A DNA stretch of 64,000 nucleotides from Desulfomicrobium sp. (GTDB lineage Bacteria > Desulfobacterota > Desulfovibrionia > Desulfovibrionales > Desulfomicrobiaceae): positions 192,001 through 256,000 of the forward strand of contig JAXGMI010000003.1 in the NCBI GenBank assembly GCA_040768745.1, given 5' to 3'. A program made the position numbers and the translations under genes. Below the pieces are notes generated by a model, which saw only the letters and a program-made list of their open reading frames with translations, had not been told where the DNA came from and did no database searches. The first letter of the stretch is position 1. Every line of letters starts with the position of its first letter. Below, piece by piece: positions 9,512 through 19,046 of the stretch.

Positions 9512-11511
9512 CAGCCCTCCTTGCGTGCCTGTGGCGGGGACATTGCTGTGACTGATGGTGACGCGTCTCCGTCGTCCCCCTTCAGCGGGGTCTCTGACGA
9601 CCAGCGCAGGAGGCCATGCTGGAACATGTGGCTCGCGCCCTGATAGTAGGCGATGTCGCGGCGCACGAGGGCGTCACGGGCGCTGCCGGCCGACTCGTCG
9701 CTCAGGCCCAGGGCGTCGTCGTGGCGGCGCATCCCTTTTTTCGGACTCAGGATGGCGAGATCATGCCCGTCGAAGAGGCCCAGGTGCTGGAAGTTGCCGA
9801 TGAGCGCCCGTCCCCCGGCCGCATCCTCGCGCAGCACGTCCCGGCCGAAGAAGGTCGAGGTGTAGTCGAGGTTCAGCAGTCCGAGCAGGGTCGGGGCCAA
9901 GTCGATCTGGCTTGCCAGCGTCGGCACTTCACGCGGTTCGACAATCCCTGGTGCGAAAATGAAAAGGGGAATGCGGTACTTCTCCACGGGCAGGTCCTCC
10001 TTGCCGGCGCTGTTCGCCGTGTGGTCCGCAACGATGACGAAAACCGTGGACCCGAACCAGGGCCTGCGCCGCGCCTCTTCCAGGAAAGCGCCGATGGCGT
10101 GGTCTGTGTATTTGACGGCCCCCTCCCGACCGTACCCCGACGGGATGACGATGCGGCCTTCGGGATAGGTGAAGGGACGGTGGTTGGATGTGGTCATGAG
10201 CTGGAGGAAAAACGGCTTGCCCACGGCGTGGTCGATGTCCGCCTGCCGCAGGGCCTGGGCGTAGAGGTCCTCGTCGCACATGCCCCAGACGTTCTTGAAG
10301 GTGATCTCCTCCTCGGGAACACTCGTCTGGTCGATGATGCGGTACCCGTTGCCGCCGAAGAACGCGTTCATGTTGTCGAAATAGCCGCGTCCGCCGTACA
10401 GGAAGACACTGTCGTAGCCCCGCGCCTCCAGCTGCCGGCCGAGGCTCGCGTACCCGGTTTCCCGGCCCAGGCGTTTGACGATGGACCGTCCGGGAGTCGG
10501 GGGCACGGACAGGGTGATGGCCTCCAAGCCCCGGTCCGTGCGCGTGCCTGTCGCGAAGAAATTGCTGAAAAAGAGGCTCTCGGGCTTCAGTCGGTCCAGA
10601 TTCGGGGTCAGGTTGCGTGTATCGCCGAAACAGCCGAGATATTTCGCGCTCAAGCTCTCGATCGTGACGACGATGACGTTGAGCCGCCGAAAGGCACCCG
10701 GATTGTCGATTTCACGGCGGATGTCCTGGGGGTCGTCGCCGACGAAGCGGGCGCCGGGTTCGGCCACCTCCCGGCGAAGCAGCGCCCCGACTTCCTCACC
10801 TGGCAGCGTGGCGTAGAGCTGGGAGTAGTCGAGTTCGTTGTTGCGAAACGCCGCAAAGAACTGGAACGGGCCGTTGGCCGCGAGTTCGCGTTGCGTGGTG
10901 CTTCCGCCTGCGGCGAAGTCCTGCCCCGCGAAAACGGTCACGAGCAGGCTCGCCCCGGCCACGGCCGCGAAAAGCAGGCCGCGGCCGCGCCGCGACAGCA
11001 GGGGCGCCCCAATGGCCCGGTCCATGACCTTGCCCGACAGGGCGACCCCGGCCGCCGAGAGCACGACGAGCATGGCCAGGAGGGGATAGACGGGGTACGA
11101 TTCCAGAATGTTGTTGATGACTTCGTTCGAATAGACGAGGTAGTCGACGGCGATGAAGTTGAAGCGGACGCCGAACTCGTCCCAGAACAGCCATTCCGAG
11201 ACGGCCGTGAAGAGCATGACGAAGAGGCTGAGCCCCATCAGGCCTCGCAGCAGGCCCCGGTGCCACCCGGATTCCCAGGCCGATGCCGGGCACAGGGCGA
11301 AATGCAGGGCCACGGGCAGCGCCGCGTAGCTGAGAAAACTCAGGTCGTGGACCAGGCCGAGGCCGAAGATACCCAGCATGCCGAGCACGCCGGTATTGAC
11401 ATCGCCTAGGTGACTTGCCAGCAAGACGAGGCGTGTCAGAAAAAAAACGGCCAGCCAGGCGCCCAGGATGATGGCCAAACAGCGAACCTGGGCATATCGT
11501 GAAAGGGACAT
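9511..11511 (-). CDS. LTA synthase family / phosphoglycerol transferase-like sulfatase
   Basis: N-terminal TMs; IESLS, GTRTDRGLEA, TTSNHRPFTYP, ADH; GGAGG 7 nt before ATG at 11511. Confidence 0.88.
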   Translation of the reverse strand: MSLSRYAQVRCLAIILGAWLAVFFLTRLVLLASHLGDVNTGVLGMLGIFGLGLVHDLSFLSYAALPVALHFALCPASAWESGWHRGLLRGLMGLSLFVMLFTAVSEWLFWDEFGVRFNFIAVDYLVYSNEVINNILESYPVYPLLAMLVVLSAAGVALSGKVMDRAIGAPLLSRRGRGLLFAAVAGASLLVTVFAGQDFAAGGSTTQRELAANGPFQFFAAFRNNELDYSQLYATLPGEEVGALLRREVAEPGARFVGDDPQDIRREIDNPGAFRRLNVIVVTIESLSAKYLGCFGDTRNLTPNLDRLKPESLFFSNFFATGTRTDRGLEAITLSVPPTPGRSIVKRLGRETGYASLGRQLEARGYDSVFLYGGRGYFDNMNAFFGGNGYRIIDQTSVPEEEITFKNVWGMCDEDLYAQALRQADIDHAVGKPFFLQLMTTSNHRPFTYPEGRIVIPSGYGREGAVKYTDHAIGAFLEEARRRPWFGSTVFVIVADHTANSAGKEDLPVEKYRIPLFIFAPGIVEPREVPTLASQIDLAPTLLGLLNLDYTSTFFGRDVLREDAAGGRALIGNFQHLGLFDGHDLAILSPKKGMRRHDDALGLSDESAGSARDALVRRDIAYYQGASHMFQHGLLRWSSETPLKGDDGDASPSVTAMSPPQARKEG

Positions 11512-11575
11512 GTACATTCCTCCGTGGTGTTGTCCCGTGCTATGCCCCTGGCCGTGAGCCGAATGTCGTGCTGTC

Positions 11576-11591
11576 GTGAAAAATTCGTGAA
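11576..11591 (-). promoter_or_regulatory. ColR-type operator box
   Basis: Minus strand reads TTCACGAATTTTTCAC, close to the recalled P. putida ColR consensus YYNASNNYTTTTTSAC; lies between divergent genes. Confidence 0.65.
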
Positions 11592-11614
11592 TCCCCAATC
11601 CAAGGTCCGCATCC

Positions 11615-12298
11615 ATGCGCATCCTGATCGTTGAAGACAACCCCGACATCCTCGCCAACGTGCTCGATTACCTCCAGCTCAAGGGCTACACCGTCGACTG
11701 CGCCCAGGACGGGCTCGGAGGCCTGCACCTGGCCGTGACCCAGGCCTACGACCTGATCGTGCTGGACGTCATGCTGCCCGGCATCGACGGCTACCAGATC
11801 TGCAAACGTCTGCGCGAGGATGCCCGGCTCGACGTCCCGATCATCATGCTCACCGCCCGCGACACGCTGGACGACCGCATCCGCGGGTTCAGCACCGGCG
11901 CCGACGACTACCTCGTCAAACCCTTCGCCCTGTCAGAGCTCCACGCGCGCATCCAGGCCGTGCTGCGTCGGGCCAGGGGGGGACGGGGCCATGAATTGCG
12001 GGTCGGCGACCTTTCCTTCGACGTGGAGACCCTGCAGGTGCGGCGTGCGGACAGAACGCTCAAACCGCACCCTTTCGGGCTGAAGCTCCTGGAGATCCTG
12101 ATGCGCAAAAGCCCGGCCGTGGTCCGCCGCGAGGAACTGGAGCGCGAACTCTGGGGCGACGATTGCCCGGACAGCGACAGCCTGCGCAGCCACATCCACC
12201 AGCTGCGCCAGGTCGTGGACAAGCCCTTCAATTCTCCGTTGCTGCACACGGTGCACGGCATCGGGTACCGTCTGGCGGAGAAGGCCGATGACCTCTAG
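11615..12298 (+). CDS. colR: OmpR-family response regulator, ColR-like
   Basis: Receiver plus winged helix; KGYTVDCAQDG..GLHLA and LWGDDCPDSDSLRSH..QLRQ..DKPF..PLLHTVHG closely match Pseudomonas ColR as recalled. Confidence 0.8.
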   Translation: MRILIVEDNPDILANVLDYLQLKGYTVDCAQDGLGGLHLAVTQAYDLIVLDVMLPGIDGYQICKRLREDARLDVPIIMLTARDTLDDRIRGFSTGADDYLVKPFALSELHARIQAVLRRARGGRGHELRVGDLSFDVETLQVRRADRTLKPHPFGLKLLEILMRKSPAVVRREELERELWGDDCPDSDSLRSHIHQLRQVVDKPFNSPLLHTVHGIGYRLAEKADDL

Positions 12299-13547
12299 AC
12301 TCCCCTTCTCCCAGCGCATCGTCATCGCCTTCGTGCTCATGACGATGGTCGTCAGCGGCTCCTTTTCCCTGGGGATCGTGGCCGTCGTCCATTTTGTCGA
12401 AGATCAGCTCATCTCAAAAGAGCTGTACGGCAAACTGAACATGGTCCTCCACGAGGACATCAAGGCCGGCAGGGAGCCGCGGCTCGACGCCCGAACCCGC
12501 TTTTTTGCCTCGAACTCGGCCAGTCACCCCATCCCGGAGCGTTTCTCGGACTATCCCGATGGGTTCACGGAGATCGAGGAAGAGGACGAGGCTGCCTACA
12601 TCTATGTCCTGGAGGTCAACGGTTCGCGGTACATGCTCCTGCAGGACCAGCGGGAGTTTGAAAACAGGGAGGAGATTCTTTTCTCGGTGGTTCTGGCGGG
12701 CTTTCTGCTCTGCATCGTCTGCGCCTGGGGGATCGGCGTGGTCATGGCCAGACAGGTCATGGAGCCGGTGGCACGGCTCGCCGGACAGGTCCGGCACCCC
12801 GACCAGCTCGCCACCCGCACTGCCCCCCTGGCCCCGGGCTATGCGGACGACGAGATCGGGCATCTGGCCGCCGCCTTCGACACGACCCTCGGCCAGCTCC
12901 GCAGGTCCATCGAACGCGAGCGCCTCTTCACCAGCGATGTCAGCCATGAGCTGCGCACACCGCTGATGGTCATCTCCACATCGTGCGAGCTGCTGCTCGA
13001 AAACCCGCTGCAGGTCGCCCAGCGCGGGCAGGTCGAACGCATCGCCCGGGCCGCGCGGGACATGAACGACCTGGTCCGGACGTTTCTGCTCCTCGCGCGG
13101 TCAGGCCCGGCCGAAACCGCCGAGACGACCACGCTGGCCGAGGTCGCGCGGGAACAGGCCGAACTGTGGGGGCCGTCGATCCGCGCCAAGGGGCTCGCTT
13201 TCGAGTTGATTGACGAAGGGGCTGGCACGGCCGGCCACAACCCGACGTTCCTGCGCACGGCCATGGCCAACCTGTTGCGCAACGCGCTGCACTACACGGC
13301 CAGTGGAACGGTGCGCGTCATCCTGGAGCGGGACGGGTTCCGGGTCGAAGACACGGGCATGGGCATTCCCGCCCACGAGCGGGACCACATCTTCGAGCCC
13401 TTTGTGCGCGGTACGGCCACCAGGGGGCTGGGACTGGGGCTCGGACTGTCACTGGTGAAACGCATCTGCGAGCGCAACGGCTGGACGATTACCGCCTCTG
13501 AAATGCAGCCGAAAGGGAGCTGTTTCAAGGTTTCGTTCTCGGCGTAG
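12288..13547 (+). CDS. colS: Sensor histidine kinase, ColS-like
   Basis: TM-periplasm-TM, HAMP, FTSDVSHELRTPL, NLLRNA, GLGLGL; overlaps the regulator gene. Confidence 0.75.
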   Translation: MTSRLPFSQRIVIAFVLMTMVVSGSFSLGIVAVVHFVEDQLISKELYGKLNMVLHEDIKAGREPRLDARTRFFASNSASHPIPERFSDYPDGFTEIEEEDEAAYIYVLEVNGSRYMLLQDQREFENREEILFSVVLAGFLLCIVCAWGIGVVMARQVMEPVARLAGQVRHPDQLATRTAPLAPGYADDEIGHLAAAFDTTLGQLRRSIERERLFTSDVSHELRTPLMVISTSCELLLENPLQVAQRGQVERIARAARDMNDLVRTFLLLARSGPAETAETTTLAEVAREQAELWGPSIRAKGLAFELIDEGAGTAGHNPTFLRTAMANLLRNALHYTASGTVRVILERDGFRVEDTGMGIPAHERDHIFEPFVRGTATRGLGLGLGLSLVKRICERNGWTITASEMQPKGSCFKVSFSA

Positions 13548-13702
13548 AGCTGATATGTGGAATATGGCGGCTGACATCCTTCCCTGCGACGACTGACTTG
13601 GGTCGGCAAAACGTTCAGCCCGCCGGGCCGGCTCCATTGGACGCCCCGGCGTTAGACATCTATCCAACCTCGACCTGCAACCCGCATCAGGGAGATACAG
13701 TC

Positions 13703-14008
13703 ATGTTTGTTGTCATTGTCGATGTCCTGGTCAGAGCCCAATTCGTGAACCAATTCCGCGAAGCGGTCATCCGTCAGGGCGAGAACTCCCTGGCCCTCGA
13801 GCCCGGCTGCCTGGGCTTTGACATCCTGCAGGACCCTGACAACCCTGCGCTCTTCACCCTGGTGGAAACGTATGAAGACGCGCCGGCGTTCTACGAAACG
13901 CACCGCCGCACGCCGCATTTTCAGGCCTACGCCACAACCACGGCCCCCTGGGTGGAAACGAAAAACCTGCGCCCCTTGGCCAGAATCTGGCCAAGTCTGA
14001 AGAAATGA
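13703..14008 (+). CDS. Antibiotic-biosynthesis-monooxygenase (ABM/LsrG-like) protein
   Basis: EPGCLGFDILQDPDNP..FTLVETY...HRRTPHF; GGAG RBS. Confidence 0.85.
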   Translation: MFVVIVDVLVRAQFVNQFREAVIRQGENSLALEPGCLGFDILQDPDNPALFTLVETYEDAPAFYETHRRTPHFQAYATTTAPWVETKNLRPLARIWPSLKK

Positions 14009-14058
14009 GAACATGGCAGGAGGTTCGGAGCGCGGAGGCCCGATACCCGAGGTAGGCC

Positions 14059-14712
14059 TTATTTGAGATACTTGATGGCGAAAAAACCCAGAATGGCGAG
14101 CAGGACCAGGGCTGAGGCCGCCAACTCGAAGTGCTTGTCCAGAAAGGGCCTGATCCTGGCTCCGAACAGACGGATGAGGCCGGCCACGAGAAAAAACCGG
14201 AAGCCCCTGCCCAGCACCGAAGCCAGCAGAAAAGGGGCCACATCAAAACGCATCATGCCAGAGGCGATGGTGAATACCTTGTAGGGGATGGGAGTCACGG
14301 CCGCGATGAGTACGCCCCAGAAACCGTAGTCCCGGTACCAGACCCGGACGGCTTCGACCACGGACTCGCCGTGGTAGAAACGGACAATGGCTTGCCCCAC
14401 GACATCCCACAGGCCCCAGCCGATGGAGTAGCCCAGCACCCCTCCGGCTACCGAGGCCACGGTGCACCACAGCGCCAGACGGAACCACCGCGTGGGCGTG
14501 GAAAAACAGAGGGCAATGAGCAGCACATCCGGGGGGACCGGGAAAAAAGAGCTCTCGGCGAAGGACAGAACCACCAGGGCGGGCAGGGCATAGGGCGTGG
14601 CGGCCCAATGCAGGGTCCAGTAGTAGAGTTTACGCAGGGGATTTCGTGTGCCGCGGGCCTGCGCATCCAGGCCTTCCTCGACCGGAATCTCAAAAGGTGC
14701 TTGGTGTGTCAT
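14059..14712 (-). CDS. YqaA/DedA family membrane protein
   Basis: SFAESSFFPVPPD, TPIPYKVFTIASG, GRGFRFF. Confidence 0.85.
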   Translation of the reverse strand: MTHQAPFEIPVEEGLDAQARGTRNPLRKLYYWTLHWAATPYALPALVVLSFAESSFFPVPPDVLLIALCFSTPTRWFRLALWCTVASVAGGVLGYSIGWGLWDVVGQAIVRFYHGESVVEAVRVWYRDYGFWGVLIAAVTPIPYKVFTIASGMMRFDVAPFLLASVLGRGFRFFLVAGLIRLFGARIRPFLDKHFELAASALVLLAILGFFAIKYLK

Positions 14713-14832
14713 GACGCCGGCAGACCAGCACAAATCCGAGCGGATCACAACAGAAAAGTCATGTCTCGGCATCAACGAGCCCCAATGTTGTCTCCTTAAC
14801 CTCATGGGCAGTCGTCCACATCCAAACCAACC

Positions 14833-15681
14833 ATGCCCCAGCCAAATGCGAAAACTGTTCCCTCCCCTGCACAGGCGTTCAAAACCGAACCCCCTGGCGC
14901 CATGTTCTGGCCTGTACCAGCACTTCTGGCCTGGGTGGGAGCCTGGGGGATTTTTTCTGGTCTGTACATCCTGGGCGCCCCTGTCTGGCTTTGCGCCATT
15001 CTGGCCACTGGATTTGGACTGGGGGCAGGCCGGAGGGGTACCACACCCTGGAGACGACTCTGCGTTGCCGGAGGCTTTCCCCTCTCCTTCTGCGCCACGC
15101 AGATTGGTTCCCAAATGCCGGCCTGGGTCTGGCTCGTGGCCATGGTTTTTTTGATTCTCTGCTATCCATTAAATATATGGAAGGATGCGCCCCTTTTCCC
15201 CACGCCCAAAGGCATTCTGGACGGAATCCAAACCTTCGCACCCTTGCCCCGCGGGGCACGCATTCTCGACGCCGGATGCGGCCTGGGAGACGGTCTTCGC
15301 GAGTTGCACCGAATCTTCCCCGAGGCACGGCTCATCGGGTGGGAATGGAGCTGAGCTCTGCGTCTTCTGTGCGGGATACGTTGCCCCTTCGCCACGGTGC
15401 GCAGGGCGGATATGTGGAGCGGGGACTGGAGCGATTTCGAGATGGTCTATATGTTCCAGCGGCCTGAGAGCATGGAGCGGGCGGCCCGCAAGGCCCAGGC
15501 TGAACTCCGCCCCGGGGCGCTCCTGCTCAGTCTTGAATTCCAGGCTGTCGGCCTCACGCCCGTGGCAGTGTTGAAAAACCGGATCGACAAGCCGGTTTGG
15601 ATCTACCGCATGACAGATGAACTCTCGGGCCAACGGCATGGGGCAGGAAATTCTGGCCCATGCACTCAGGAAACCGGCTGA
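14833..15681 (+). pseudogene. Class I SAM-dependent methyltransferase interrupted by in-frame TGA (15352-15354)
   Basis: ORFs 14833..15354 and 15397..15681 share a frame: ILDAGCGLGDG...GWEWS*ALRLLC...ADMWSGDWSDFEMVYMFQRPESM; start may be 14902. Confidence 0.75.
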
Positions 15682-15685
15682 CAAC

Positions 15686-15798
15686 GCGGGGAAAAAGATC
15701 CCCGCGCATGGCAAGTTATTTTTTTATCCATATTTACGGAGCATTGGAGCAGAATCCAGCATACGGGGCGAAATGCTCCTGTGGGGAAAAACACCCCA
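15686..15798. promoter_or_regulatory. Putative enhancer (bEBP-binding) palindromes
   Basis: GCGGGG-AAAAAGAT-CCCCGC (15686-15705), TGGGG-AAAAACA-CCCCA (15782-15798), degenerate copy near 15765. Confidence 0.55.
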
Positions 15799-15885
15799 GC
15801 CCAACTCAATTTTTTTTCCGGATTTGACATCGTCCGGCCCCCTGCCCTGACCCGCCAAAAATTCTATATTTATTTTTATACATAA

Positions 15886-15898
15886 AATCAAATAGTTA
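15886..15898 (+). promoter_or_regulatory. IHF site
   Basis: AATCAA-ATAG-TTA fits WATCAANNNNTTR, with an AT tract upstream. Confidence 0.7.
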
Positions 15899-15952
15899 AA
15901 AAATACCATCCGCACGTATGCGAGACGATTCCGCCACGCAGTCCTGCTCTGT

Positions 15953-15968
15953 TGGCACGGGCGTTGCT
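15953..15968 (+). promoter_or_regulatory. Sigma-54 (-24/-12) promoter
   Basis: TGGCAC-GGGCG-TTGCT, exact consensus spacing. Confidence 0.85.
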
Positions 15969-16049
15969 TTTGAGGTCCGGAGTCCGAGAGCCCGGGGTGT
16001 ATGACCGAGGGGGATCGGCCTCAGGCCAGATCGTCAAGGAGGATGGAGT

Positions 16050-16481
16050 GTGACCGACGCCAATATTTTGCTGGTCGATGACGATGCGCAGTTCATCGAC
16101 GTCATGAAGAAACGCCTGACCATGCGCCAGATGGAGGTGTTTCACGCAAGCAGTGGCGAGGAGGCCATGCATAAGCTTGCGATGCACGGCGAAATCGAGG
16201 TGGTCATCCTTGACGTGAAGCTTCCCGGTCAGAGCGGTATCGAGATTTTGCGGATCATCAAGCAGCAGCATCCCCTGGTGGAGGTCATCATGCTCACCGG
16301 GCACGGCACCCTTGAGTCCGCCATAGACGGAATGCGCCTGGGTGCAGCAGACTATCTGATGAAACCCTGTAACATCGATGTGCTGGTGGAAAAGGTCAAG
16401 GAAGCAGTGGAGAAAAAGCGTCGGCATGAAGAAAAAATCGTCGACGCGCGCGTTCGCGAATTCGCCAGCCGCAGAGGCTGA
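16050..16481 (+). CDS. Single-domain response regulator
   Basis: LVDDD, LDVKLPG, MLTGHG, YLMKP; GTG start after AGGAGG. Confidence 0.85.
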   Translation: MTDANILLVDDDAQFIDVMKKRLTMRQMEVFHASSGEEAMHKLAMHGEIEVVILDVKLPGQSGIEILRIIKQQHPLVEVIMLTGHGTLESAIDGMRLGAADYLMKPCNIDVLVEKVKEAVEKKRRHEEKIVDARVREFASRRG

Positions 16482-16494
16482 CAGGGTTGGCCAG

Positions 16495-16911
16495 ATGAGC
16501 GCGGGCACAATCAGGGTTCTTCTTGTCGATGACGAAACCCAGTTTGCGGCGATCCTGGCCAAGCGACTGCGCAGAAAAGGGTTTGTGGTGACGATGGCAG
16601 GCAGCGGCCCGGAAGGTTTGGGCCAGCTCGAAACCGATCCGGTCGATGTGGTGGTCCTGGACGTGAACATGCCCGGCATGGATGGAATTCAGGTCCTGCG
16701 CGAGATCAGAATGCGCCATCCTCTGGTCCAGATTCTCATGCTGACGGGCCATGCGGACATGGAATCGGCCATCTCGGGCATGGCCATGGGAGCCTACGAC
16801 TACTTGATGAAGCCAGCGGACCTGGAAGACCTGGTCCGCAAGCTCCGCGATGCTGGCGATCGGAGCAGACAATTGGATGAGGAAAGCGGGTTGGATGTGC
16901 CACCTGCATGA
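16495..16911 (+). CDS. Single-domain response regulator
   Basis: LVDDE, LDVNMPGMDG, LTGHA, YLMKP. Confidence 0.85.
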   Translation: MSAGTIRVLLVDDETQFAAILAKRLRRKGFVVTMAGSGPEGLGQLETDPVDVVVLDVNMPGMDGIQVLREIRMRHPLVQILMLTGHADMESAISGMAMGAYDYLMKPADLEDLVRKLRDAGDRSRQLDEESGLDVPPA

Positions 16912-16951
16912 ATTCTTAAGGACTTGAGAAAAAGAGGAGGCGGTAACACGT

Positions 16952-18229
16952 ATGGGATTCTTCAAACAATGGGGTTCATTCATGGTAGAGGGCTCTCGGT
17001 CCTTTGCCCGGTGGGAAGTGGAAAACGCCCGCGTGATTCTAGGCGATAAACGGCGGATCTGGCTGCTCGCCCTGCTGCTCATCCCCTGTGTCCTGGGCGG
17101 ATGGGCCTTTGCGGATGAAATCGGCAAAGCCCTGCCCAGCGCCATTGGCGGCAAGGAAGCCTACAGCCCGTCCTACTACAGCATGTTCATCTTTCTGGTG
17201 TCCATCTTCGTCGGCGTCGGCGCGGGACTGATCTCCGGCTGCATCGGTGCGGGCGGCGGCTTCATCATCGCCCCGGCCCTTATGAGCGCCGGCGTCAAGG
17301 GTATTCTGGCCGTCGGCACGGACCTCTTCCATATCTTCGCCAAGGCTATCATGGGTTCGGTCCTGCACCGCAAGATGGGCAACGTCTCGGTGCCTCTGGC
17401 CTTCGTCTTCCTGATCGGCGCCATCGTCGGCACGACGGTGGGCGCAGGCATCAACCGTTTTCTGTACAACGTCAACCCGGTGCTGAGCGACACATTCATT
17501 ACCGTCGTGTACACGATCATGCTCGGCTTTCTGGGTTTCTATGGCATGTATGACTATTTCAGCGCCAAGAAGGCCGGGGTCAAGGGTGGCGCCCACGACG
17601 CCAAAGAAGGCGCGTCCATGACGGGCATCGCCCAGAAACTGCAGAGCATCACCCTGCCGCCCATGGTCACCTTCGACCAGGGCCTTATCCCGGGCGGCCG
17701 CAAGATTTCCTGGCTGTTCCTGGTCCTGTCCGGCGCCCTGGTCGGCATGGCCGCGGGCATCATGGGTGTGGGCGGGGGCTTTCTGACCTTCCCCATCTTC
17801 GTCTATATCCTGGGCGTGTCCTCCCTGACCACCGTCGGCACGGACATCTTCCAGATCGTGTTCACCGCCGGCTACGGGGCCATCACCCAGTACGCCATCT
17901 ACGGATTCATCTTCTACACCCTGGCCATGGGCATGCTGCTCGGGTCCCTGGTTGGCATCCAGATCGGGGCACTGGTGACCAAGGTCGTGCCAGGTATCAC
18001 CATTCGCGGCTTCTTCGCCGTCTCGGTCATGGCTGGCTTCGTGAACCGGTTCTTCGCCCTGCCCAAGAAACTGGTCAGCATGGAAATCCTGCCTGCCTCC
18101 TGGGCTGGCCTGGCCAAGGGCATGGACACCGTTGGCATGTACCTGTTCTTCATCGTCATCGCCCTGTTCGGCATCTGGGTGTTTAGTGCGTTTTTCAAGA
18201 ATATCAAGACACTGAAGTATAAGGATTGA
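16952..18229 (+). CDS. TauE/SafE (TSUP) sulfite exporter family permease
   Basis: GCIGAGGGFIIAP, AVGTDL, GIMGVGGGFLTFP repeats; GAGGAGG RBS. Confidence 0.88.
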   Translation: MGFFKQWGSFMVEGSRSFARWEVENARVILGDKRRIWLLALLLIPCVLGGWAFADEIGKALPSAIGGKEAYSPSYYSMFIFLVSIFVGVGAGLISGCIGAGGGFIIAPALMSAGVKGILAVGTDLFHIFAKAIMGSVLHRKMGNVSVPLAFVFLIGAIVGTTVGAGINRFLYNVNPVLSDTFITVVYTIMLGFLGFYGMYDYFSAKKAGVKGGAHDAKEGASMTGIAQKLQSITLPPMVTFDQGLIPGGRKISWLFLVLSGALVGMAAGIMGVGGGFLTFPIFVYILGVSSLTTVGTDIFQIVFTAGYGAITQYAIYGFIFYTLAMGMLLGSLVGIQIGALVTKVVPGITIRGFFAVSVMAGFVNRFFALPKKLVSMEILPASWAGLAKGMDTVGMYLFFIVIALFGIWVFSAFFKNIKTLKYKD

Positions 18230-18233
18230 TCAT

Positions 18234-18935
18234 ATGATTCATAACAAGAAGGAATTCAACCTGGGCATTGCCCTCCTTGTGCTCTTCTTCATCGTCCTCT
18301 TCGCCATGTTCCAGCCGCTTTTCGACGGGCATAACGCCATGGCCTACCTGGACAACCTGTACAACTCCATCTCCAAGGGGTCGGCCCACTACGTGGATGC
18401 CCTGAAGGAGGAGGCCAAGACACTGGCTGGCTACAATGTCAAGGTAACCATGAACATGGAAGATGAAGCCCAGGCCGCCGACAGCGTGGCCCTCATCACT
18501 GCCGCCGGAGGGACGGCCTCGGCCCAGGGCAAGGCACTGACCATCAACGGCGACTATGTTGCCATCCTCAACGCATGTCTGAATGATGCGGACAAGCTGT
18601 ACAACAACGACAGCGCGGCCCTGAAGGCCAAGTATCCGGCATTGGCGGGCAAGGACGACAGGCAGGCCGTGTACAACTGGTACAAGATCCTCGGCGGCTT
18701 CGACAAGGAATTGAAAAAACAGGAGGCCTTTGCCCAGGCCAAAGTCGCCTTCAATGTCAATTCCAAGGTGGTGGAAACGGCCTACAACTATTACAAGGTC
18801 GTGCCGGAACAGATCAAAAACAAGATTGGCATCGTCATCTTTTCCCTGGTGTTCTATGTCATCTATACCATGTGGTATGGCTTCGCCATCCTGTTCGTCT
18901 TCGAAGGCTGGGGCCTGAAGATCAGCGGGCATTAG
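18234..18935 (+). CDS. Membrane protein partner of TauE (2 TM with periplasmic domain)
   Basis: Starts 4 nt after the TauE stop; N- and C-terminal TM helices. Confidence 0.7.
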   Translation: MIHNKKEFNLGIALLVLFFIVLFAMFQPLFDGHNAMAYLDNLYNSISKGSAHYVDALKEEAKTLAGYNVKVTMNMEDEAQAADSVALITAAGGTASAQGKALTINGDYVAILNACLNDADKLYNNDSAALKAKYPALAGKDDRQAVYNWYKILGGFDKELKKQEAFAQAKVAFNVNSKVVETAYNYYKVVPEQIKNKIGIVIFSLVFYVIYTMWYGFAILFVFEGWGLKISGH

Positions 18936-18962
18936 GCCACAGAAACCTGTTCCCCGTTTTGC

Positions 18963-18993
18963 AACGCGGTCCCCTTGGGGGCCGCGTTTTTTT
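18963..18993 (+). terminator. Rho-independent terminator
   Basis: AACGCGGTCCC..GGGGCCGCGTT followed by T tract. Confidence 0.75.
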
Positions 18994-19046
18994 GTTTGGA
19001 CCCATGCACAAGCCTTTGCTAGGAAGGCCAGGAGCCTGGGGGGCAC

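Noticed and set aside
13569..13657. Possible integron attC site (GGCTGAC...GTTAGAC)
   Set aside because: Inverse core is imperfect, internal dyad is weak, and there is no integrase or second site
15352..15354. Selenocysteine codon in the methyltransferase
   Set aside because: Position appears to correspond to Trp, not Cys, and no convincing SECIS hairpin follows
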